Positions 27,736 through 40,929 of a stretch of 64,000 nucleotides of DNA are shown here, one piece after another; position 1 is the stretch's first letter, and every line of letters begins with the position of its first letter. The notes under the pieces were generated by a model. The model saw nothing but the letters and a program-made list of their open reading frames with translations. It was not told the DNA's origin and did no database searches. The position numbers and the translations under genes were made by a program. This DNA comes from the human T2T-CHM13v2.0 reference genome, Homo sapiens. The stretch is taken from NCBI RefSeq assembly GCF_009914755.1, contig NC_060925.1. One strand, written 5' to 3'.

Positions 27736-28768
27736 ATAAAACCTTATTATATCATGAAAAGTTGTTTCAACTGTGACTTACTGGAGCAAATTAAGTCTTT
27801 GATGTTTTAATGTGCAGCTCCTTAGTACCTAGTTATGTGTACCCTTTGTATATTGGGGATCTTACGTAGCATAAAAAGCCTGGGATGAATAATTTGTAAC
27901 TTTGACCTAAATGTGCCAAAGCTTGTGAGAAATTTTGAGTCAGGCAAAGAAACTTTGTTATAGGAGTGAAAAAATAAATGATATGTAAGCAAACAAATGA
28001 GTGAAATAAATGTTATATAAAGGAAATGATCTCTTCTAGAAATCATCAGGTAGACTGATTATTAGGTAGTCAGACATACCATCTAGTCTGAAAGTAATTA
28101 TTTTTTCTCTAACTCATTTAGAAGAGTTACATTTTGATGAAATACATTAATTATGTAGATATGTATATGTAAATCAAGTTAATTAAAATGATGATTTTAT
28201 GTTCAGACCTAGAAAGGCCAGCTTCTGTATTACCTGAGTAGCTAACTGCAGGCTTAAATCCCTTATATTTATAAGATTTGTGATTTGCTTTTGAAAGGAT
28301 AAATCTCTTTTATAGTCTAGGGGATGAAGTAGTATTTACGAACAAAATAGTCATATATTACTATAATTCTTCTTACCTAAGAAACTTAACATTTTTTCAA
28401 CTGCTTAATAAAAGATTTTTGGGCTTTGTGAGGTTAATTTTATAATTTTTATGTGCTTCATCAAAACATGGGGAAAGAACCTTTTAAAATAACTTTCGGT
28501 TATGGGCAGCTGCGGGGATTTTCCCTGTTCACTCACATGTCAGGGAGCACAAGCCCGATCCTGTTTTAAATCCTCTTGACCAGATTCCTGCTGCCATCAA
28601 TCTGATAAATGGGTAAATGAGTATTATTAACTAAGAGGAATAGTGGGGCCTCTGATGCTCTTGGTCTCACATTGACTAAACTGAGCTGCTATTTCTGACT
28701 TTGTCAGTGTACTTTAAAGGAGATTTTATCTATTATTTTCTCTAAATTTATTGTTTTCTTCTTTGTAG

Positions 28769-28887
28769 ATGATCATGGGAACAGCAATAGTAGTCATGTA
28801 AAAATCTTTTTACCGAAAAAGCTGCTTGAATGTCTGCCGAAATGTTCAAGTTTACCAAAAGAGAGGCACCGCTGGAACACTAATGAG
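28769..28887 (+). CDS. CAMTA1: CAMTA1 internal coding exon (probably exon 3), 119 nt, phase 1 to 0, start of the CG-1 domain region
   Basis: Acceptor ttgttttcttctttgtAG, donor GAG|GTAGAT; in frame with the previous exon it encodes DDHGNSNSSHVKIFLPKKLLECLPKCSSLPKERHRWNTNE (CAMTA-type RWNTNE motif). Confidence 0.95.
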
Positions 28888-31800
28888 GTAGATAAGTTTC
28901 TTTTTTTAAGGGTATAATTATTTTAAGGGCAAATTTTTTAGGTTGCTTCACATAGTCCTACTTTATGTTAGCTTTAAATTTAAAATACTGATCTAGGAAA
29001 TTGTAAATGACATTATTTAATCTGGATTTGACAGAAACCAACCAACATGTTTTTTGATCTGTCTCTGATCTGCTTGGCTTGCATTGAAAGATACACAATG
29101 TGCACGTTGACTTAACTAAAGTAGCATGAGTTTCTGTCTGTGTTTTCTTGCATTTTAGTGTCTTGCATTTAGTGGTTAACCCTGCCTGCATGCCAGTTAA
29201 ACGTTAGTTGTTATGTCTTCATGAATTAATAAATATACAGTCCCACTGTTCCACAGAATGTGTAGTGTCTTGACAATGTGAATTTTTGTAGAGTTGGAAA
29301 GGGCAGGTTTCATAGGAGTGAAACAGCTTTTCGTCCTTTCTAATGAAGAAAGTTTGCTTAATGCTAATAATTTTTATTAAGATTGAAGGCTGTACAGTAG
29401 ATTATGTATTTAGCATCCAATTAGAAAGTAGATTTATGAAGTAGAATGAAAAAAGTTAATCATCTTGGATGATGTTTCCTTTTTTGGTAAATTTTAATCC
29501 AGGAGTCTTACTGTTAGGAGTGGATTGCTTTGTCATCTTTTTTATTTTGAAATCTGAATATTTCAATTTAAGGTAATACCCGTTTAGTGTGGTGATGAGA
29601 ATTGGGTATACGTCCATCAATTTGGGAGTTATATTCCTTTAATTCAGATGGCTGGGGTTGCTGGTTTTGCCAAGTTCCATTTGTGTGCCTTGGCTCAACA
29701 TTGATGTCCAAGTTAAAGCAAATTTAGCACCCTATCCTTATTGGACACTCAGTTCTGTTAAAAGACACAAGAAGAAAATAGTGCTGCCTATTGAGCCTTA
29801 TTTTTTAAAGATTCTTTGGCGCTAACTACTTCCTGATTCAGAATGCTTTTGTTTTGCGTGGTGGGAGGTTATGTGGATAAAAGTCTCTTTCCTTATCACA
29901 GGTTAGATTTAAATACTCACTGGAACCTTACAGCTTTGTTAACTTGTCTCAACTGATTGTAAAATTCTTTGAAGGACTCTATGTTTTGATCATTTTCATA
30001 AATTACATTTTCCCGTCAGACAGAATGTTTTTGCTTTGACAAATGTTTGCTAGTTTAGAGGCCTGCTGTTTAACCAGTTATTTATTAACTATTTCAGACA
30101 TTTTTAGACGTGAAAATGAAGTAGATATGCTTAAAATTAGTCTTAATCATAGTTTGTTACTCTTTCAGCAAAATAGTATTATATAATTTGGAAGCCATTT
30201 AATAAGTCGGAACTTGATTATGAATTATTTAAAAACTCAGTGTATTTCTTAGTATTCCCTGAAACATAGATTTGATACCAAATTATTATACACGTTAGTT
30301 CTAGTTTATTTATAAATGTAACCCAACCCATAATAAGTATGTATTTTTCCATATTATATTTCCTGTGGAATTGGCAGCTTATTTATTTTATTTTTTCCCA
30401 TGGACCCATGTCTTGTGGCAGTTTATTTTAACTATGATTTGACATTATATTTGAAACCAGAAATTGCTTAGTGAATTAAAATCAGTGGCCTGAAGAGTCT
30501 TATAAAGCTGGATGTAGCAGTGCTGGGAATTTAGTTGGTAGATTATTTCCATCAGTGGCTTCAAAACTTTTTGAAACTTTTCAGCATAACCCTTCAACTT
30601 TCACATGTTTAATAAAACCTCTAAATTATTTACATGTTGCACCTTACTAGTATATTAGATACGTTTTAAAGCATCCGATAAAGAATTTTTATAGAGGATG
30701 AGATTAAAAGAAAAAAATGAGAAGTTTTTCCTTATTTTCTTTCTGGACCTCAGTCCACATACTCCCTTGGAGGCCAGAGGCTGCCATAATTCAGATTACA
30801 GAGAGGAAAATGCATCCCATTCTCTCACTGGTGTAATGCAAATTTGAGGATCTAGATGGGAAAACGTGGATTGTTTTGCATCAGCTATCACTCATGCTGA
30901 AATCTAGGTAGAGGAGCGTATGTTCTGAAGGGTGGAGGCAGCAGGAGGTGGCACAGCTGATGGGTGAAGCCATGCAGCACCCTTTCCCTTGGGATGGGCT
31001 GTTCTTTCAGTTAATTGTCAGCTCAGCTGACAAAAGCTCCTATGAGGGAACTGAATTTACAGGTTGACTCATTTCTCTGTAGAGGACCTTGACTTTTTTC
31101 TTGTTTTATTTTTTGGCTTTGGAAAAATAGAGGAATATTAAGTGTGACAGCGAAGACTTACCCTACGAATTGTTAATTCTGCAGAATGTTATGTGGCGAT
31201 GATAACCTGCTATTTTTTTTTTTTTAAACTGGCTTTGGTAATATAGGTGGAATAAAGCAATCAGCGGTGTTACTGAAGCACTTCTTTGATCTAGCTGGGA
31301 ATTGGCATTTTCTTACGTTCTTCAGCCTGCCATTCTTCATGTTGACATGAAAACCTGAAGGAAACGTAGTTCAGTGGACTTGTTTCTCATTGGGGCTTTG
31401 TGGTCCTATGTCATGCTAAATCATATTTAGTCAAAATTGCCCGTGAAATCCCTTGACTTGCTCATAAAGTAAAGTTTAGTCAGACTGCCCTTATTAAGAG
31501 CCCGTTTTCCTTCCAGAGTTGGAATAGATTTCTGTGTTTTGGATGAGGACCACATGAAGTAGTTGGCTTGTATTTAGAAGCTGTGTTGTACAAAAACTCT
31601 ATTTCTTAGATCCCACTGAAGGGGCTCACACTGGAAGAGGCGTGTGGGAATGCGCACAGTTGAGAGCACAGTAGATTTGTGTTTTCCATCTCACTCCCTG
31701 TACAGCATATGTTCACAAAGTAAGACTGGTGGCTCGAGCTGCCTGTATGAAATGTCAACTGTCATCTTTCTCTGTTCTCCATGTTCGTGTGTGCTCGCTC

Positions 31801-31944
31801 GCTCTCTCTGCTGGATGTGTACAGTTGAATTTCTGGGTATAATGTGACTCCTCTATACTAATAAGGAATTCCTTTACTCAGACCTGTGTTTAAATATTTG
31901 TGATTGTTTGAAAAAACCTTTTATACTGTGTGTGTTGTGAGTGA

Positions 31945-32265
<321 letters not shown>

Positions 32266-32566
32266 CCATCCTACCATTTATTGAGCACCTGTTCTTTACT
32301 ACTGACTGGGTATTTTATATAATTATTTGTAAGCCTTAAAATAGTATTGCAAGGTGGGTAACATTTCCTTTTAGAGATGAGGGAGTGTAGGTAGACAGTA
32401 GTTATTTTTTGGTCAAGAGAGCATACTTGATAGAGCCTGTCTCTGAGCTTAATTGCATCTGTGTTGCTTGTTAATTCTTAGGAACTTTCATTCTATTGTT
32501 TACTCTATAGGAGTTTAATCAAAGGCCTACAAACCTAAACTACAGCAAGTCTATTCTGTAACGTAG

Positions 32567-32878
32567 TTTTTTTTTTTTTTTTTTTTTTTGGAGACAGAGT
32601 CTCACTCTGTTGCCCAGGCTGGAATGCAGTGGTGTCATCTCAGCTCCCTGCAACCTCCACCCCTCAGGTTCAAGTGATTCTTGTGCTTTAGCCTCCTGGG
32701 TGGCTGGGATTACAGGCATGTGCCACCACACCTGGATAATTTTTGTATTTTATAATTTTGTAGAGATGGGGTTTCGCCCTGTTGGCCAGGCTGGTCTCGA
32801 ACTCCTGACCTCAGGTGATCTACCCGCTTCAGCCTCCCAAGGTGCTGGGATTACAGGTGTGAGCCACCGTTCCTGGCC
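32567..32878 (-). mobile_element. Alu (S-like)
   Basis: TSD TGTAA(C/T)GTAGTTTT. Confidence 0.95.
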
Positions 32879-33219
32879 TGTAATGTAGTTTTGAATTAAA
32901 AAGAGTTAATATAGTCTTAATATTGTGGATTCATATGCAAATGTTTGGTGAAGCTGAAAGTCACTAAAAGGAAGACTCTAAGAAGGTAAGAGAGATCGTT
33001 GGACCTACTTAAGCTACTTTTAACCTTTTCTAACCCATTGGAATACCTAAAATCCTTTCCCTTCTTGGATGTTATTTGCAATTGCAGAATAAATTAAATG
33101 TTACATCTGAAACCAAATCAATTTTAGATTGTGCTCCCGCAGCCACCAATACTGGTCCTCAGGTGGTAAAGATGACACAAGGAGTGAAGGTGATGATGGC
33201 TGCACTAATTATGGAAGCC

Positions 33220-33440
33220 AGTATGTATTGAACATCCTTTGTATGCTAGGCACTAGTGAGTCCTTTACATGAATCATCACATTTAATCTTTCAGTTAATC
33301 CTATGAGATAGATTATTTGACTATCCTTATCTTATAGATGAGGAAACTGAAGCCATGGATATGTTAACTAATGTACCCGCAGTCAGAGCCGGGAAGTGGG
33401 GGACGGGGGAGTTCAGCCGCTGCAGCCCGACTTTGAGTCC
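33220..33440 (-). mobile_element. MIR
   Basis: ATTTAATC..AATCCTATGAG..TAGATGAGGAAACTGA core. Confidence 0.75.
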
Positions 33441-33656
33441 CATAATCCCTCATTTTGTCCCACAGAGCAATATCAAGTTGACTTTTCCAAGATCTTGTAG
33501 CTATTTAGTTCTAATCCTTTCGTTTTATAGAATTGTTTGGCTTCTTCATCTGATTTTAAAATGTTGTAACAAAGTTAATCTAATTTTGCATTATGATTTT
33601 TTAAAAAGTGGCAGACACTCATTTCTTAGGAAAGTAGTTTTGATTCCTTTTTTTAA

Positions 33657-34792
<1,136 letters not shown>

Positions 34793-35719
34793 CGATAGTT
34801 TTGATTCTTAATGACTATTAGTATGTGGACTATGGATAGTGAAAAAACTATATTAAAAATAGAAATTTTGTACCTGTGTGTAACTTGAGCATTAAGCCTG
34901 ACTTTTATATTCAGGGCAAGGGAGAAAGAATGTATTAAACACAGAGCACATTCATTAAAGAACCTACTCTTGTTTCATAATCAGTTTGGTGTTCACATCT
35001 TCATCAGGTGAACTGCTATAAGGTTTCTGCATTTTAAGTTAGTATTTTTAAGGCCTAGAGCCAGAAATAATTATGCTAACACAACTGTCTGAATTCACAA
35101 ATGACTATTTCATAATTACGTATATTAGTACTCCATATATGTTGTCCAGACTGAAAATTGTTTTGTTTAGTCATTAATTAGCTGTTTGACTTAAAATATA
35201 ACTACTGCATTCCCTAGTCTCTGGATCTAGATTTCACTTGGCATTCTTCCAAAGCCAAACTAATGCAGCACCATGAACCTTTTATAATGAAAATGTTCTC
35301 CCTAAATATGTTCAAATCACTTTTGTGTGTTACTATTTTTGAACTAATGTTCTTTTTTTGTTTTTCCTGTAATACACAGTTTCTCTAGAGTAAGCAAACA
35401 AAATAGAATTCTAGTTTGTACTGATCCTTAAAGAAAGTTTCATCAGATGTTTTTAGTTGGTGGTAGCTTTAGAGTGTCATATTAAATGCATTTTTTAATG
35501 GTAAAAATGTCTATGTAGAGAGCAGTATAGGTTGATACATTCTAAGCCACACCAAAGCGTCTGCAGGAGAAAAAACAAAACAAAACTTGAGTAATAATTA
35601 TAATGCTTTTTATAGGAGGAAACTTACTCTTTAAAAATCTTGAGTACTTTTTCCCCCTAACTTTTTATATTTAGGTAAGAAAAATGGCCTTTAACACTGT
35701 AAGAATTATTAAATAATAA

Positions 35720-36050
<331 letters not shown>

Positions 36051-36694
36051 TACCTTACCTTTTAAAAAATTTATTTAGTCTTTTTTTGGTGTCGATACAT
36101 AATCTTGAGTGTTTCTTGTGTTTTTAATTTTTTTTCCTTTGTGTAACTTTGTGTTAGGTTTAGGGCTGTAATTTTTCAGTGATTGGTTTTTCTAGTGTAT
36201 TTATATGTTATCTCTTTGAAATATAGACACACATTTTGGGGGGATCATTTAAGACTCTTCAGACTTCCTAAATGTGAGCTAAGCTGAAAAGCACCAGTAC
36301 TCTAATCATAAAGGCAGGTGAGATATTTCAGTTTTGATGGCGTGGAAAGTCAGTTAACCTTTAGGTAGGGCTTGGTTTTGTTTAGCTTTTGGCAGGGCTA
36401 GTGGTTTGAACGGTCCCAGATTATTTTGTTCCAGGCAGGGCTTTTCTGATTAAATTGCAAAAATGAAAATGCATATAAACAACACAGAGAGCCAAGTTTT
36501 AAGAGTGACATTATGTGATTTTTGAACACAGTATATAGTACGAAGTTTCAAATTAAAAGTGATACTTGTGTAGCAGTTAGGTTAAATATAGTTCCTCTGT
36601 TTGCTTTGCTAGTGTGAAGTGAGATACATGATACTGAAATACAGGTAGGCACAAGCCTGGAGATCAGACAGCCTGTGTCAAGTGTGCAGTGCCT

Positions 36695-36715
36695 CAGCAG
36701 CAGCAGCAGCAGCAG
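36695..36715. repeat. (CAG)7 intronic trinucleotide repeat
   Basis: Direct read. Confidence 0.97.
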
Positions 36716-37938
36716 CACTCCACAGGATATATTGAAAAGCTGGGGCGGAATGTCCTCCCACACAGGTGAGGGGAGACAGGTGAAGGCAGGTTTGACACTG
36801 AGGAATAGTAAGAGAAGTAAATTGCACCCTCAGAGTACAGCAATATTTATAGCATTTGAATAAGATGTTAAAGAACATTTTCTTTTAAGGAAGAAATTCC
36901 TGTGGGTCTTCCTCAGTTTCAATCTAAACTAGTTTTATTATACTATTACTTCAGCATGTGGCACTTAACCTGGCCATAGTCAGTGTTCAATAAATATTTG
37001 TTGGATGAATTAACGTAAAAACACAAAAAACTCAGTATAAAATTAATTCTTGGAGTTCTTTTGCAAATATAAAACTCAGATATATGCATTACATAAAAAG
37101 AAAATACAAAACTAATAAAGTTTTATATTAACAGGGTTAGTTAAATGCAATAGATGATGTTTTGCCAAAACTAAATTGTCTCGCAACATGAGTATCATAC
37201 TGACTGTTCTCAAGCAGGTTCTTTTGAATTTGGCATGCGGTACTATCTTGTGTCCTGCAATTATTTTATACTGAGAAGCTGTTTTTTACATATCAAGCAT
37301 TTGTATAAGTCTGTCATTAAGCCTTGGCACAAATACATCATTTAGTTTTAAATTCACTTCTGGTTTTTCTCATTAGCCCAAGAAAAATTTAAATGACACT
37401 ACTGGGTACTAGGGGAAACGTAACCACAAATCACAAACTTGAGCAATGAGTTTGTGTGTTAGAACATACTCGGTTCAGGTGTTACTTTTTCAGATTATAC
37501 ATTAAATTAAGATGCAAAGTTAAAAATTTTATATGGACTTACAGCCCCTTGATAATACTTCCACAGAGCCGCAGTTGAGAAACACTGCTCTCTTGGAAAG
37601 GGTGCAGAGCTGGTGTCAGAAGCAGATTCGAGTCTTGGCTCTGCCGCTACTCAGCTGAGTGTTGGGTAAGGCACTTAACCTACTTGGCCTCTCTTGGGTC
37701 TTAGGTGATGGCGCTTGGTGACCTTTGAAGATTTGTCTTTGAAGATTATTGTTGCTTTTGAAGGTTTTCTTTAGGAATGTTGGACTTTCCAGGGAGGCTT
37801 GGGTCCAGCTTCGGAGTTTATTTGATTAAATTTTTTTTTTTTTTTACTGTTAATCATCTTTTTACTTACTTTTAAGTTGTACAATTCAGTAGTTGTTTAT
37901 TTTTATTTATAAATTTAAAAATTTATTTTTTAATTTTT

Positions 37939-38310
37939 ATTTTATTTTTTGTTTTTTTTTTTAAAACCAGAACATTTACTGCATGACTAATTGTTGAAAT
38001 TCTTAAGCTGATCAAAGTGCTCCAACAGCTGCCCTCTTTGGTTTAGGTGTTGTTTCCTCACGGAGTCCATGCCTGAATCTGTGGTGTACAATTTTTAGGT
38101 GCCTCGTTCGGCCAGTCCTGGTGGCATTTTGTCTTTTAGCCTTGGCACTCCAGTTATACGTCCTCCTGCACTTGGCGGGGTAGCCACATTTGCCACAGGT
38201 CAACTTCTGAAGGTGGTAGGCCTTCACGCCACAGCGGTGGCACAATGTGTGTGTCCTATTGCAACACTTTCCAAACGGTCATCTCACTTCTGTGGCTGAG
38301 ACCAGAGAGA
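37939..38310 (-). pseudogene. RPL37: RPL37 (60S ribosomal protein L37) processed pseudogene; possibly RPL37P9
   Basis: ORF 38012-38245 ([24 protein letters not shown]...YNWSAKAKR...[21 protein letters not shown]) is a degenerate eL37; intronless; pyrimidine-rich 5' leader; ATG at 38282-38280 runs out of frame to TAG at codon 9; AGTAAA in place of the poly(A) signal, then an A-tail. Confidence 0.95.
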
Positions 38311-38312
38311 CC

Positions 38313-38617
38313 TTTTTAATTTTTTTTTTTGAGACAGAGTCGTGCTCTGTTGCCCTGGCTGGAGTGTAGTGGCGCAATCATAACTTACCGCAGCCTCGAC
38401 CTTCCGGGCTCAAGCTATCCTCCCACCTCAGCCTTCTGAGTAGCTGGGTCTATAGGCGTGTGCCACGCCCAGCTAATTTATACATTGTTTTTGGAGATGG
38501 AATCTCGCTCGCCATGTTGCCCAGGCTGGTCTTGAACTCCTGGGCTCAAGCAGTCTTCCTGCCTCAGCCTCCCAAAGTGCTGGGATTATGGGTGGGAGCT
38601 CCCGCCCACACTCGGCC
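38313..38617 (-). mobile_element. AluJ-like element whose A-tail hosts the RPL37 retrocopy
   Basis: TSD AATTCAGTAGTT at 37883 and 38618. Confidence 0.9.
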
Positions 38618-39159
38618 AATTCAGTAGTTTTTAATACATCTACAAAGTTGTGTAGCCATCGCCACTACCTAAGTTCAGAACATTTTTCATCACCCCGCAG
38701 CCTTCTGGACTGAGTGGAGTCAGCATGCTCAGGGGTTGGCAGCATCTGTTCAGGGGGCTCGAGGTTCTTCTTTGGTGTCTTTTCAAGTTTCTATACCTGT
38801 CCAGTACTGAAGCTGGAATTGGAGATTGACCTTTTGTCCAAGTCATAACTTAATATGCTATTTCCTGAAACTGCTTTTAAGAAATGTTAAGGTGCAAATG
38901 AGGATCCAGTTTGGGCCCACATTTTTCTAAGTTGGATGAAGAGCAGTTGAGTGGAGTTTCTAGTTGCACTCGAGACTCTGTACTGTGCAGACAGTTTATT
39001 GGTGGAGTTGCCTCAGGATAAAAATACCCAGCTCTTCTCAGTAGTGGGTGGGAGACTTTGGGTGATGGTGATTTCCGTAAAGGAGAAGCTGAGCCTGGTT
39101 GGAAGGAAAAAGGAAGAATATACGGAGAGGCTGGCATTCTTTAGCTGAGTGGATTTAGG

Positions 39160-39292
39160 CTTGAGCTGGAGTCAGAATCACCTGGGAGGCTTGTTCAAAC
39201 ACAGATTGCTGGGCCCCATCCCCAGAGTTTCTGTTCCAGTAGGTCCTGGGTGGGGCCTGAGGATGTGCATTTCTAACAAGTGCCCAGGTGAA
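39160..39292. mobile_element. MER5A-like fragment
   Basis: TCAGAATCACCTGGGAGGCTTGTT..CAGATTGCTGGGCCCCA..TGCATTTCTAACAAG. Confidence 0.85.
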
Positions 39293-39713
39293 AGCTCACT
39301 TAGAGGAAGAATCTCAGCCTCCTGGAAGTGTGTTCTAATTAACTTCACTGGACTGTAGGCTCAGCTTTGCCATCCCCATACCACTCATGCATGTTTTGGT
39401 GTGCTTTGGCTACATAGGTTACAGTTGAGCTTTCTAGAGCTTTTTTCTCATGTCTTTAGCTAGTAGGCACCTAAAAGTTGTAGAATGCATAGGTTTTATT
39501 TTTGGCATTTATCTGAAGTATCTGTTCATGTCTTGACATATAGGAAGCTCTTTTAAAGTTTGGGTGGCAGTGGAGAGGGCATATAGAAGCATATTCTAAT
39601 TTTTCAATGTTTTTTGAAAGGGTAGCATGAACAATAGTCTCCCCACTCCTTCTTCATATCCGTTTGGCTCAAGTAGCTGAAAACAGCAGAACCTTAAAGC
39701 TGAGTGTCACAGT

Positions 39714-39775
39714 CTGCCTGCCTACCTGCCTGTCTACCTGTCTACCTGCCTACCCAGCTACCTGCCTACCCACCT
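39714..39775. repeat. Degenerate (CCTG/CCTA)n tetranucleotide repeat
   Basis: Direct read. Confidence 0.85.
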
Positions 39776-40248
39776 TCAAGTCTTTTCGAATACTGCCTAC
39801 CCCAGGTTTCTGATGATAAATTCTGTTATCTTGGTAATTATGAAGTTATTTTGAAGGTTTTAAAAGAAGCTCCTAAAAAATAACCTAAGTTTTACAGTAG
39901 TAGTGCTTTTAGAAAGCTGGAAAAGCAAGTGAAGAAACAACAAAAAGAAATCCTTTCTAGATGGATGAGAAACCACAGATGGGTTGGGGTGAATGCGATG
40001 AAATAGAAATGTGTGTTTGGGAGAGTGTTTTCTCTGTAAGGAAGAATATTCTCTGTAAGGAAGGCAGGCTATGTGGCTTTCATGAGGTCTTCTTAGAAGC
40101 TTCTGTGGTAATGTTCACTGGTCTGGCGAAGGGGGTAGACTTGAAAAAATTGTAAAATGGCGAGAACCTGGAATTTACATTTGGGGAGAAAAGAAACTGG
40201 GAGGCCCTTCAGCTCTGGGGAATTGGACAAGGTGAAGCAGAGTCCACA

Positions 40249-40306
40249 TGTGTGTGTATGTGTGTGTATGTGTGTGTGCATGTGCGCGTATGTGCATGCA
40301 TGTGCA
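40249..40306. repeat. Degenerate (TG)n alternating purine-pyrimidine tract
   Basis: Direct read. Confidence 0.9.
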
Positions 40307-40618
40307 CTCATCCAGGTGGGGCGTCTACGGTAGCACCGAGGTGGATTCTGAGGCAAGCTTCATTTGGCCCTGAGTTCATTTTATTGTGACTCCAAAGGAG
40401 TTCATGGGGGAAATAAAGGCTCTCATGTGCAAGAAACAAGGAAGCAGAAAAGTCATTTGACCTAGGCTAGAAAAGGCGGCCACCTCTAGTCTATAGTCAG
40501 AAGAGAAGCAGCTGTTCAGAGGGGCTGAGACAGGTAATGCTGGTCCCAGGCCAAGCCTCTTGAGGAAAGAGAACAACATTCCGAAATTCTGTGAGTAGCT
40601 CATACCCTGGAGGAGTTC

Positions 40619-40929
40619 TTTTTTTTTTTTTTTTGAGATGGAGTCTCTGTTGCATAGGCTGGAGTGCAGTGGCGCAATCTCGGCTCACTGCAATCTCCGC
40701 TCACTGCAATCTCCGCCACCCGGGTTCATGCCATTCTCCTGCCTCAGCCTCCCAAGCAGCTGGGACTACAGGCACCCGCCACCATACCCGGCTAATTTTT
40801 TTGTATTTTTTTAGTAGAGATGGGGTTTCACTGTGTTAGCCAGGATGGGCTCGATCTCCTGACCTCGTGATCCACCCGCCTCGGCCTCCCAAAGTGCTGG
40901 GATTACAGGCGTGAGCCACCGTGCCTGGC
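40619..40929 (-). mobile_element. AluY-like with internal duplication of GCTCACTGCAATCTC
   Basis: Flanking AGGAGTTC repeats. Confidence 0.95.

Noticed and set aside
36675-36878. Poly-Ser and poly-Ala ORFs
   Set aside because: Translations of the (CAG)7 repeat
38012-38245. Functional RPL37 retrogene
   Set aside because: The true ATG is frameshifted, the ORF starts at a non-AUG codon, and it has many substitutions and an early stop
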